From a virus (lineage: Duplodnaviria; Caudoviricetes), in the IMG/VR virus record IMGVR_UViG_3300014204_000184, positions 3,476 through 67,475 of that record: 64,000 nt of DNA. One strand, 5' to 3'. This document shows, one piece after another, positions 28,009 to 36,832 of this stretch. The notes under the pieces were generated by a model. That model worked only from the letters and a program-made list of their open reading frames with translations. It did not search any database and had not been told where the DNA came from. Position numbers and translations under genes: made by a program. Within the stretch, counting starts at the first letter, position 1; every line of letters begins with the position of its first letter.

Positions 28009-28656
28009 TTACTGGTCGGCCGGCATCGCAAGCAGGTCGACGTATGTGGCGAACGTCCCCATGGTGCCGGTACCGGCCACCCAGGCGGTCGTCGGGGCCT
28101 GGTGGAAGACGTAGCCGACCGCGCAGCAGTTGTCGGGCAGATCCGGAAGCTTCGCAGCCGCAGCCGTCAGAGCCTCATTACCCTTGGCGACCAGTCCCGA
28201 GGTCGTGGCGAGCGCTGCCGTACCGCAGTAGACCAGATACTTGCAGTACGTTGCGGTACCCTGAGTGCCCAACGACGCCGGCCACAGGATCTCATCCAGG
28301 GCTGCCTGCCCGTAGACGAGTCCATTGATGGTGTAGGCGAACGGGTTGGCGATCTTGAATTTGGTCACCGAAGATCCCACCGCAAGCCCCGCCAGGGTGC
28401 CGGGAAGTGTCCGGGTCGTCCCTGCCGTGCCTCCCGGGAGGATATAGGACATCAACGCCTTCAGGGCCGCCCGCTGGCTCGCATGGTTGAAAGCCCCGTA
28501 AATCTTGTTTTTGCTGGTGTCCACGGATTTGGGCTGGTCGGAGAACAGCGGCACCGCCATCCCCATCACGTAGAGGGAATCGGTCTCGTAGCCGAAAGCC
28601 TTCAGCACGAACCCGATCAGACAAACCACGAACACGACGAACATCGACTTCTTCAT
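28009..28656 (-). CDS. Capsid decoration/cement-like protein (215 aa) with hydrophobic signal-like N-terminus
   Basis: Directly downstream of the MCP. G/T/A-rich beta composition. The real start could be internal. Confidence 0.55.
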   Translation of the reverse strand: MKKSMFVVFVVCLIGFVLKAFGYETDSLYVMGMAVPLFSDQPKSVDTSKNKIYGAFNHASQRAALKALMSYILPGGTAGTTRTLPGTLAGLAVGSSVTKFKIANPFAYTINGLVYGQAALDEILWPASLGTQGTATYCKYLVYCGTAALATTSGLVAKGNEALTAAAAKLPDLPDNCCAVGYVFHQAPTTAWVAGTGTMGTFATYVDLLAMPADQ

Positions 28657-28769
28657 GGAACTTCTCCTTCTGGCGCATTTTTCCAGCCTACGCCGAGGCG
28701 GTTAGTGATCCCAACGTTGGGATTGGTCAAGCATCAAGGTCAGTTTGCCAAATTGCGCAAGTTGCCTAT

Positions 28770-29759
28770 TTAGGCCGTGCACGCGACTTCCAGGACGGCC
28801 ATCCAGGCGTCGTTCAGGATCACGGCCGTCTGCATGGTCTTCCAGGACACGAACCCCCTCTGGCCCAGCGGATCGGACTTGCTGGGGGTATTGGGGTTGA
28901 TGACCATCGGGGTGATGGCGAACTTCCCCTTCAGGGCGACAATCCCGTAAGCATCGCGGCCCAGGTAGATGACCGGATAGACATCCGCGGCAGTGCCGGC
29001 GGTCGAAATCTTCCCTGTCGGGCTCCCACCGCCATCCTCGTAGGCGGTGAAGATGGTGGACTTGATGTACCGGACATCCTCACAGGCCCCGATTTCGGTG
29101 TCGAAGGGGGTCAGGGAGCCGTAATCCTCAACGCCGACGAAACCGGTCATGCTCCGCACGTCCGTGGTCAGGTCGACGTGGACGACGGCCATGAAGGCCG
29201 GCAGGATGTTCTCGGTGTTGAAGTTCGGGGTCGACCGGATGATCTTGGTGATCTTCGAGGCCTCCTGGCGCTCCAGGGCACGAACGACCTTGCGCTGGTC
29301 GACACGACTCAGGACCGCGATGACGGCGGTCCGGCCGGCCACGCTGTTGGCGTAGAAGACGTTGGCACAGGCCTTCAGGATGTTGTAGCGGATGACCTCG
29401 ACCGTTTTAGCGGCCTGCTCGCCGACGATGCTCTGAGCCTCCTGGAAGACGGGGTCTTCGTGAGTGTCGGCGATGATGTCGGTGATCTCCACGATGTCGC
29501 CGTACTGGCTCAGGGTGCAGGTGACATCGGTGCTGGAGAGCTTCTTCGATGCCGGGGTCACGCCTTCCGTGAGCGGCGTGATAGCGACCGGTAAACTGTT
29601 GTATCGGCGCCACGTCATGGACATCGACTTGTTGCCGGGGAGGGGTTTGGACTGGCCGAATTTCTCCAGACAGAGGTAGGGAACCCCTCTTTTGAGCATT
29701 TCGACCACTGCGTATGCGGCTGTTCTCGGGGAAATATCCCCATAGAGCGTGGGAGGCAT
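28770..29759 (-). CDS. Major capsid protein, N4-gp56 family (329 aa)
   Basis: YGDISPRTA...EKFGQ.KPLP...RRY...LTEGVTP...QYGD...DPLGQRG.V.WK signature. Confidence 0.93.
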   Translation of the reverse strand: MPPTLYGDISPRTAAYAVVEMLKRGVPYLCLEKFGQSKPLPGNKSMSMTWRRYNSLPVAITPLTEGVTPASKKLSSTDVTCTLSQYGDIVEITDIIADTHEDPVFQEAQSIVGEQAAKTVEVIRYNILKACANVFYANSVAGRTAVIAVLSRVDQRKVVRALERQEASKITKIIRSTPNFNTENILPAFMAVVHVDLTTDVRSMTGFVGVEDYGSLTPFDTEIGACEDVRYIKSTIFTAYEDGGGSPTGKISTAGTAADVYPVIYLGRDAYGIVALKGKFAITPMVINPNTPSKSDPLGQRGFVSWKTMQTAVILNDAWMAVLEVACTA

Positions 29760-29773
29760 TGTCTAGTCCTTTC

Positions 29774-30805
29774 TTACAGGCCCCGGGTCGCCTCTTCAAA
29801 GGCCCCATCGAAGTCGTTCTTCCCGGCTCGCGTCACAGGAATCACTGGTTTCTTTTTCACCAGGACGACGCTCGGCGTCTTTGGCTTCGGAGGAGGGTCG
29901 GGGACTGCGGTTGCGCGTCCGGTGGACGCTTTGAATTCGTCCATCAAGGTGATGACGTCTTCGGTCTTCCCCTTGTCGAACCATTCCTGATATTTTTCTC
30001 TCAGGCCTGCCGGTCGTCCGGCGATCCATTTCTCGACCGAACCGTCGTCGCGGAGCTTCTCGAAATCTCCATGCTTCGCGCGAATGGCGGCTTCGTGCTT
30101 CTCACGCCCGTATTCCATAGCCACTGTCAGAATCGGCAACAATGAGGCCGACAAGGCTTGAAGCCTTGCCGCATGCCGTTCATCCAGTGCCTTCAGAGCC
30201 AGCTTGAGTTTCATCCCCTCGTACTTGGAAACCTCCTCGTACTCGGTATCGTAGGTGGCCATGGCTTGCTTTTCATCCTCTGTGAGGGAAGCCAGCACCT
30301 TCTCGATATCATCGAGAACATCGGAGTCGGGGGTTACTGCCTCTTTGTGGGGCGTTTGCGCAGTCCCGGCGGTACCCGCCGTCCCAGCCGCTGCCTCCAG
30401 TGTCCGGATACGTTCCTGGTATTCCCGTTCCTTCAGCTCCCATTCTTCCGGGACGACCTCGGCGGCGGTCCCTGCCGTTCCTTCCGTCCCGGCGGTTCCG
30501 GCGTCATCGACTTCTGCCGCCGTGCCTGCCGTGCCGTCTTCCAGGGGGAGTTCTTCGAAATCGGTCTCACCAGCAATCCCGGAGGTTCCTGAAGGGGAAG
30601 CCTGGGTGTCCTGCGCCGATATTACAGACAGATCGCGGTCCGCGTCTGCCTTGTCCTGCGGATTGGTCTCAGTGGTTGCCTCGGCGAATGCGGCGGAATA
30701 CTCATCGTCCGCGTCCGTACCTGTTTCTATCCCAGCCGTTCCCAAATCACCCGTTGTCCCGGATGTTCCGCTGGGGAGGTCATCTGCTCCTGATGTTCCC
30801 GCCAT
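29774..30805 (-). CDS. Capsid scaffolding protein (343 aa) with GTAG/GTSG-rich acidic N-terminus
   Basis: Lies between portal and MCP. Acidic coiled-coil, ends ...DFDGAFEEA. Confidence 0.8.
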   Translation of the reverse strand: MAGTSGADDLPSGTSGTTGDLGTAGIETGTDADDEYSAAFAEATTETNPQDKADADRDLSVISAQDTQASPSGTSGIAGETDFEELPLEDGTAGTAAEVDDAGTAGTEGTAGTAAEVVPEEWELKEREYQERIRTLEAAAGTAGTAGTAQTPHKEAVTPDSDVLDDIEKVLASLTEDEKQAMATYDTEYEEVSKYEGMKLKLALKALDERHAARLQALSASLLPILTVAMEYGREKHEAAIRAKHGDFEKLRDDGSVEKWIAGRPAGLREKYQEWFDKGKTEDVITLMDEFKASTGRATAVPDPPPKPKTPSVVLVKKKPVIPVTRAGKNDFDGAFEEATRGL

Positions 30806-30823
30806 CCTCGTTCTCCTTTCGGC

Positions 30824-30872
30824 AATAAAAAAGGCTCCTCTGGATCGATTCGATACCGATCAGAGAAGCCTT
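30824..30872 (-). terminator. Intrinsic terminator-like hairpin directly upstream of the scaffold RBS
   Basis: Minus strand reads AGGCTTCTCTG-ATCG...CGATC-CAGAGGAGCCT followed by a T-tract (TTTTTATT). Confidence 0.7.
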
Positions 30873-30904
30873 CGCGTTTCTGAGTTCCTACCCGAGTGGC
30901 CCCT

Positions 30905-31027
30905 TTACCTTGGGGAGGGTCGGGGAGGCCTATTTTTTTCTTCTATCAGTAGCTGCTCGATCAACTGAGCCGCAAACCTTAACACTCGAACAAAGACCTT
31001 GAGGAGACTGGGGGTGTCTATGGCCAT
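30905..31027 (-). CDS. Possible 40-aa leader peptide (MAIDTPSLLKVFVRVLRFAAQLIEQLLIEEKNRPPRPSPR)
   Basis: SD AAAGGAG before the ATG. Not in the ORF track because it is under 60 aa. Confidence 0.4.
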   Translation of the reverse strand: MAIDTPSLLKVFVRVLRFAAQLIEQLLIEEKNRPPRPSPR

Positions 31028-31029
31028 CG

Positions 31030-31057
31030 ATCATACTCCTTTCATGGGCCTTGTCAA
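31030..31057 (-). promoter_or_regulatory. Sigma70-like promoter TTGACA-N16-TATGAT facing scaffold/MCP
   Basis: Near-consensus boxes read on the minus strand. Confidence 0.5.
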
Positions 31058-31326
31058 ACATTTCTCGTTTCGAGGTAACCCTTCAGGCGCTTCAGCTCTT
31101 TAAGTCCGCCCTGATTGGCCAGAACTTCCTCGTGGGTTGCGGTGTCGTTGTCCTTGCGCAGCCTATCGATGAGCACGTTGCACAGATCCGTGACGGCCTT
31201 CAACTCCGAACTTCTTTTGGGAAGTGCATCGATCGCCCGGTTCAAGGGCTCGTTGGGATCAGCGACCGGAACTTGGTTTTTTTCCATCAGGCTTCTTCTC
31301 CTTTCCGACCTGTTTTGCTTGGGCAT
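31054..31326 (-). CDS. Small head-assembly protein downstream of the portal
   Basis: Conserved position. Helical ...QGGLKELKRL. Confidence 0.65.
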   Translation of the reverse strand: MPKQNRSERRRSLMEKNQVPVADPNEPLNRAIDALPKRSSELKAVTDLCNVLIDRLRKDNDTATHEEVLANQGGLKELKRLKGYLETRNV

Positions 31327-33358
31327 ATTCTTTGGTTGCCTTCGCCCGTTTCAGCATAGCGTCTGCGGCGAGGTTCTCTTGTTCCAACGGGCTGGGGGGT
31401 TCCTTATCCAGTCCCTGTTCGGATTTTACCGCATCCACGTTGACCTTCTTTCCCTTGGCCAGGGCGCCGGCCGCCTGCGCTTTCCGGTAGGCGATATCGG
31501 CCCTTTTCTCCTCTTTGACCAGGTAGTCGATCTCGGGATCTGTGATGCTCTTGACATACTCGCGGGCTTCCTCTTCCGTCCGCAGTCGGATGGGGAGGTC
31601 ATGGGTACGGACAAACTCCTCCAGGAAATCACGCCGAGGGATATAGATCCAGTCCTCGTCGGTGAGGGTGGTCTTGAACTGGCTCATCGCCTGCATCCGG
31701 ACCTCTTTGCCGACCAACGAGCTCACCCCTTTGGGCACTACTTTATAGTCTCCCTTGATGTTGGGATCTTCATTGTTGTCCATGTTCCAATGATAGACGC
31801 CCCCGATAACGTTTTCGGTAAAGCTGTCGAAGTTGCGAACGATGTCTTTGACCGACATCGTCAGCATCCCGAACCGCATCGATGCCCCGCCGGCCGTCTC
31901 GTTGGTCTTGACGGGGCTCGAAATCATCCAGGTCGGCAGGCATGTTTCCTCGTCGGCGATCTCCCGGAAGAGGCTGATAATGGTGAGGAGCTCGGGGATG
32001 TGGGAGTCGAACTGCACGGCACGCACGGCCGGCCACTGGCCCTCTACCCCACGCCCCTCCCGGTACCAGATCTTCATGGGGTGGTTCTCGGTGATGTCTT
32101 GCCCAGGTGTCAGCAGGGAGGTGTTGATCTCTGTATTCGGGCCCGCGACGACGGCGCCGTTGTCCAGGACCATCCTGCAGCCGCCCCCAATCGCCATCTG
32201 GCTGTGGCGCATGACGCGCGGGAGACCTTCGCCGTAGATGCTGGTGTCGTCTTTCTCGTAATAGAAGACCTTGTAAATGCTAGATGCTCCTGGGGCAACG
32301 TCGGCCATGATGATTTTATTGCCCAGGAACCACGCCTGGATCTCGTAGGTGGCGCTGGGATCGTCCACGGTGATTCCGACCTGGTTCAGATCGACGGCAT
32401 CCAGCAGACCCCAATATTCGAAGACCTCGTACCGTTTGTCTCGATCGATGGTCCCCCCGGAAACCCCACTACTGGCTGCGGGGACGAGGCCATTCGACGC
32501 TTCCTGTGCGCCGGCTTCGGCCTCGATCGACTGGAGGTCTTGTTCCCACCCCTTCCAGGTGCAATCGCCGTTAACGTGATCCGCGATATACTCTTTGATG
32601 TATGCGGTGTCGAAATCTTCCCGCATTGCTAGGTTGATGAGATCGTGGCGGTTCATGACGTGGCGCTCGTAGCTGCCAGTCGACTCCCGCAGCTCCGTCA
32701 CGCTCATGTCCGGATACCAGTCCCAAATGCGAACATGGCCCAGGTACGGCACCCTCACATCCTTCACGTCCTCTTCGAAATCTCCACCGTCCGTCTGTTT
32801 CCATCGGCGCTTACTGGACTTGTTTGTCAGGGGCCCTTTGAGGACCCCGGTCCCAAAATCGACACCCGACCGCAATACCTTCTTGGCCTCAAGGGTGTAA
32901 TGGATCTCGGCCAACTGGTCATCGATCACCCGGCGCATCCGATCGTTGGTCTCCTTGCACCACTTTTGGATGGCGACAAAAAGCTCGTCATCGGAGAACG
33001 GCCCACCCCCCTTGCTCATAGCCAGAGCCGTGGCGATCTCCTTGACCACCGTTTTTGCCAGTTTGGGATCCGGGGTCGGCTCCATGTCGAAGTTGCGATC
33101 GGTATCCGGAAAGAGCATCTCATGCAGCCGAGACAACACCATGTTGCAATACTTACGGGTCATCTTTGGGTAAACCTTGGATCGATTCTTATCCAGGATG
33201 ACCCCGGGATCGTAGAGGCCGCGGATCTGCCTGATATCCTCGATCCATTCCAGCTCTTTTGACCGACGCTTACCCTCGTTTATGGTGAAGTTGTTGTGCA
33301 GCCGGATACCAAAATTGCTCCGGAAGTCTTTATCCTTGAGGATCGCTTCGATGTTCAT
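31259..33358 (-). CDS. Portal protein (699 aa)
   Basis: RSKVYPKMTR...RLHEMLFP, GTGVLKGP, DWYPD, IYGEG pattern. Lies between terminase and scaffold. Confidence 0.9.
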   Translation of the reverse strand: MNIEAILKDKDFRSNFGIRLHNNFTINEGKRRSKELEWIEDIRQIRGLYDPGVILDKNRSKVYPKMTRKYCNMVLSRLHEMLFPDTDRNFDMEPTPDPKLAKTVVKEIATALAMSKGGGPFSDDELFVAIQKWCKETNDRMRRVIDDQLAEIHYTLEAKKVLRSGVDFGTGVLKGPLTNKSSKRRWKQTDGGDFEEDVKDVRVPYLGHVRIWDWYPDMSVTELRESTGSYERHVMNRHDLINLAMREDFDTAYIKEYIADHVNGDCTWKGWEQDLQSIEAEAGAQEASNGLVPAASSGVSGGTIDRDKRYEVFEYWGLLDAVDLNQVGITVDDPSATYEIQAWFLGNKIIMADVAPGASSIYKVFYYEKDDTSIYGEGLPRVMRHSQMAIGGGCRMVLDNGAVVAGPNTEINTSLLTPGQDITENHPMKIWYREGRGVEGQWPAVRAVQFDSHIPELLTIISLFREIADEETCLPTWMISSPVKTNETAGGASMRFGMLTMSVKDIVRNFDSFTENVIGGVYHWNMDNNEDPNIKGDYKVVPKGVSSLVGKEVRMQAMSQFKTTLTDEDWIYIPRRDFLEEFVRTHDLPIRLRTEEEAREYVKSITDPEIDYLVKEEKRADIAYRKAQAAGALAKGKKVNVDAVKSEQGLDKEPPSPLEQENLAADAMLKRAKATKEYAQAKQVGKEKKPDGKKPSSGR

Positions 33359-33382
33359 ATGTCCCCTCCTTCTACCGCTCCT

Positions 33383-36300
33383 TTACAACAGCGCCCTTAT
33401 GGCATCCTTCACCATGTCCGGAGTGATTTCTTTGGTGCATTCGTACTGCACCACCGGCCGGCCTTCCCACTCTTTGCGCGCGCACCAGTCCCATCCTCGA
33501 TCGAAGGGGACGTTGGTGTCGTTGAAACACCCATGACAGACATTTGTGTTGATGACCCGGCTGTACGTCTGGAACTCCTCCCACGGTTCGGAGAAGCCGG
33601 AGATCAACACCACCGGAATTCCGAGGGACCAGGCCAGCCAGCTCGGCCCATGGCCCAACCCGATGTAGAAGGCGGCCCCGGACAGAACCGCGCAGGTATC
33701 CTCGATCTTGCGCTTGTTGAACTTCTTGACGTTCTTCAACGTCGTCGGCTCCTTGCTGATGGAAACGACCTCGTAGCCGAGGCTGATGCAGTAGTCCACG
33801 ATCTCCTGCCACGCCCCCGGGCGGTTCCAGAGCTTGGGCTGCATGGTGGAGAACTCGGACAGACACACGTACTTGCCGGCCGGCCGGGGGCCGTCAAACT
33901 TCTTCAGCCGTGCGCGCCGCGGGACATAATCGAGGCCCAGGATATCGGCGGCAACCTTCTGCAGCGGAGTCACACGCCAGTTCTCGACATTCCGGTCCGG
34001 ATCGTTGTCGAAGCAGCCGACCTCATAAGATGCGTAGAGATGATCGAGGCCGGTCCCGGGAGCCACGATTTCCAGCTCCGGATAATCGAGGATCTCCCTC
34101 CACCAGCACGAACAGATGACATGACACTCATGCTTCTTCTGGAACTCCAGGACGTAGGGGATCCAGGCCAGTGTATCGCCGAGGGCCTTCGACGCGATGC
34201 TGATCATCACCCGCTTGCCCTTCAGGTCCAGATGATGGCGGAAAATCTCCTTACCGTCCAGCTCGGCCCGGACGGTCCAGTCGCGGAAATACTTCTTTTT
34301 CGCTCGCGCCCACATCCCAGGCTTCTGTATCAGCTCGTACTCATCGGGATCGTCGGGAGTCCCAAAGACCACGCGGTATTGCCGGGGCGAGAGACCATTG
34401 ATCTTCAGGTATGGTCCGTCGACAAAGTGGATATCGAAGGTGTCGGCGGGCCATGTCTTCGGATCCCCCGACTGGAATCGATGATCGCCGACGATGTCCA
34501 TGTGGCAAATCTTGTCTTCGTGATCTTTCCAGTTTGGGTTATCGAGCTCGTAGATGTCCGCGAGCGCCATGATCCCGCCGGACATGAGATCGGGGCAACG
34601 GGTGCTGATGCAGACGGGCTTTTCCGCCATCGCCACCTTGCACAGAAACTCCTCGAGATCCACTTCGACATCGTAGGCGAGGAAGTGGACACGGTCCCAC
34701 GCGCCTTCGCAGAACCTGATGACGTCGCGCATGATGCTGGGCGAGTCCTTGGCGTATAGGTAGTGGTCGGCCTTATCGAAGATGGTCGGGGGGATCGCAT
34801 ACGGGGAGGCGATGAGGGCCTTGTAGGCCATGGCGTGGACCTGGGTGATGGTTTCCTGGAGGGTCACCAGCCTCTCGGCACTGTCCGGATTCCCCGTGAT
34901 CACGAAGATGCTCTTCTCTTTCTTGCGCAGTTTCGGATCCCCGCGGCCGGTGCGGTCGATCTCGTAGCCGGCGTGGAAGGCCGCGGCAACCAGTTCGGTA
35001 TCCTTGTCTCCGGGAGGTGTCACGTTGGCGGCCGGCGCCGCCTCTTTGGTCACCATGGCTTGCTTGGTAGGCAGGACGACCAGTTGTACTCGTTTCTCGG
35101 CGAAGTAGTCGTCTATGGCCTTCCTGGCCCCCTGGGTGGTCGGGAACCCGTAGTCATCGAAGACCATGATGCCGCCGACAGCCATCCGCGGCCAGATGTG
35201 CCGGCAGCAGTCCAAGGTGCTCTGGTAGAGATCGACGTCGATGTGGGCAAAGGCGATGAGTCCATCCGGTGCTTCATGGAACACGGCGGGGAACCAACCC
35301 TTGTGGTAATAGACGATGTCATCGTGGCCGATGAGTTTCCGTGCCTCCTCGACGGTGGCGGCGAACTCCCCCTTCCGGTGGTGATCAAGGGGACCAGGTT
35401 CCGGCAGGCCTTCGAAGGAGTCGAAGAGATCGAGAACGCGCCCGGAATCCGCACATACATTGGCCAGCATGGCGGCCGTATGGCCCCGATAGACCCCGCA
35501 CTCCCATACCTCACCAGGAACCTTCAATGCCTGGAGTAGGGAGGTGTAAAGGACTTTGCAGCGGTCCCGGTCTACCAGACCACCCATGGCCGCCGGCGCG
35601 AAGTGTTTCTCGAAGAGGTCCGGGTTCCCATCGTTGGGAAGATCGATTTTACAGGACCAATCCGGATTCACGATGCGAACGTCCTCAGCTACTCCGTGCT
35701 CCGGAAGGATGACATCCCCGGGCTGGGGGACGTAAAGATTCGGATCCTCCAAAGGTCGGAGCAGCTCCAAGGCTCTTTCTGCGGCCATGTCCCAGGAGAA
35801 GTTGGTGATGATGGGGACGGCGGCCGCCAATGCCGCTTGCCGGTAGTAGGGATAGTTGGCGGTGAGCTCGCGCAGCCACCAGCGATAGCTGGACCAGTTC
35901 GGCTCCCCCCACTCTCCCGGGCAGTCCGGTACCCCGTAGACGTTGAAGGGCTTGATCAATTTGTCCAGGGGGACGTGGCAGGCATCCCGGCAGAACTCTG
36001 TATTCCCGGACCAGTCGTGGCAGACCACAGGAATCCCACAGGCCATGCCCTCGATGATGGGCAACCCCCATCCCTCTCCCCGGGACACATTGAGCAGTAC
36101 GTGACCCTCTTGCAGGTAACGGACGTACTCCTCGAGGGGCGGATGGTGGACCACGGTGATGCGGGGGTCATCGAACCCGTAGGCCTTCAGGCGCTCTTCG
36201 GTCGTCGTGTACTGGTCGACGGGGAAGGCGTTGTCGGCAGAAATGAGCAGCTCGTGATCCGAGTAGGAAGGCGGGAAGGCCTCCATCCAGTTCTTGATCA

Positions 36301-36832
36301 TCTCCCGGGTGCACTTTCGATCCTCCCAGCGGCCGAAAATCAAGAATCGAAACCGCCTGGGATCGGCGTGACCCAGCACCGGGAAGGATCCTGGATGGAA
36401 GATGCCCGGATCGACGCCTTCCGGGACTACGCGCACGAAATCGGCATAGTCGATCGGAATGGACACGTCTGCTTCCTTCAACTGCTCGATCGTGCAATTT
36501 CGCTGCCACTGCGAAGGAACCCATAGCTGATCCAGGTGGCAGAGGTTGTCGATGAAGGACTGAGGGTACCTGGTAGACTCCCAGGCCACAAATCCTATCT
36601 TCTTCCCCCTGATGCCCCGGGATTGCTCCATGACGGCGGCGAATTCCTGGACTCCGACGAAAAAGAGATGGGTGCCTTCCGTCGGTACTCGAGCATCGCG
36701 GCCGAAGGTGTGCCGGATGACCTCAACCCCCTTGCGCTCCAGTGCGGCGGTAAAATTGGTCGCAAACTGCGCCCCCCCTCCCTGATACCCAAACGATCCG
36801 TGTGCGGTTATCTGCATATCTGCTCCTTTCAA
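33383..36832 (-). CDS. Multi-domain glycosylation enzyme (1149 aa): GT4 glycosyltransferase + TylF/MycF-type O-methyltransferase + Aah/TibC-like protein O-heptosyltransferase
   Basis: GT4: SRGEGWGLPIIEGMACGIPVV. TylF: WECGVYRG...FDSFEGLP...KGWF...HIDVDLYQS...GGIMVFDDY. TibC-like: DLKGKRV.ISIASKALGDTLAWIPY...LQKVAADILGL...GPSWLAW..G.PVVLISGF...CHGCFN...WC...EC. Confidence 0.85.
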   Translation of the reverse strand: MKGADMQITAHGSFGYQGGGAQFATNFTAALERKGVEVIRHTFGRDARVPTEGTHLFFVGVQEFAAVMEQSRGIRGKKIGFVAWESTRYPQSFIDNLCHLDQLWVPSQWQRNCTIEQLKEADVSIPIDYADFVRVVPEGVDPGIFHPGSFPVLGHADPRRFRFLIFGRWEDRKCTREMIKNWMEAFPPSYSDHELLISADNAFPVDQYTTTEERLKAYGFDDPRITVVHHPPLEEYVRYLQEGHVLLNVSRGEGWGLPIIEGMACGIPVVCHDWSGNTEFCRDACHVPLDKLIKPFNVYGVPDCPGEWGEPNWSSYRWWLRELTANYPYYRQAALAAAVPIITNFSWDMAAERALELLRPLEDPNLYVPQPGDVILPEHGVAEDVRIVNPDWSCKIDLPNDGNPDLFEKHFAPAAMGGLVDRDRCKVLYTSLLQALKVPGEVWECGVYRGHTAAMLANVCADSGRVLDLFDSFEGLPEPGPLDHHRKGEFAATVEEARKLIGHDDIVYYHKGWFPAVFHEAPDGLIAFAHIDVDLYQSTLDCCRHIWPRMAVGGIMVFDDYGFPTTQGARKAIDDYFAEKRVQLVVLPTKQAMVTKEAAPAANVTPPGDKDTELVAAAFHAGYEIDRTGRGDPKLRKKEKSIFVITGNPDSAERLVTLQETITQVHAMAYKALIASPYAIPPTIFDKADHYLYAKDSPSIMRDVIRFCEGAWDRVHFLAYDVEVDLEEFLCKVAMAEKPVCISTRCPDLMSGGIMALADIYELDNPNWKDHEDKICHMDIVGDHRFQSGDPKTWPADTFDIHFVDGPYLKINGLSPRQYRVVFGTPDDPDEYELIQKPGMWARAKKKYFRDWTVRAELDGKEIFRHHLDLKGKRVMISIASKALGDTLAWIPYVLEFQKKHECHVICSCWWREILDYPELEIVAPGTGLDHLYASYEVGCFDNDPDRNVENWRVTPLQKVAADILGLDYVPRRARLKKFDGPRPAGKYVCLSEFSTMQPKLWNRPGAWQEIVDYCISLGYEVVSISKEPTTLKNVKKFNKRKIEDTCAVLSGAAFYIGLGHGPSWLAWSLGIPVVLISGFSEPWEEFQTYSRVINTNVCHGCFNDTNVPFDRGWDWCARKEWEGRPVVQYECTKEITPDMVKDAIRALL

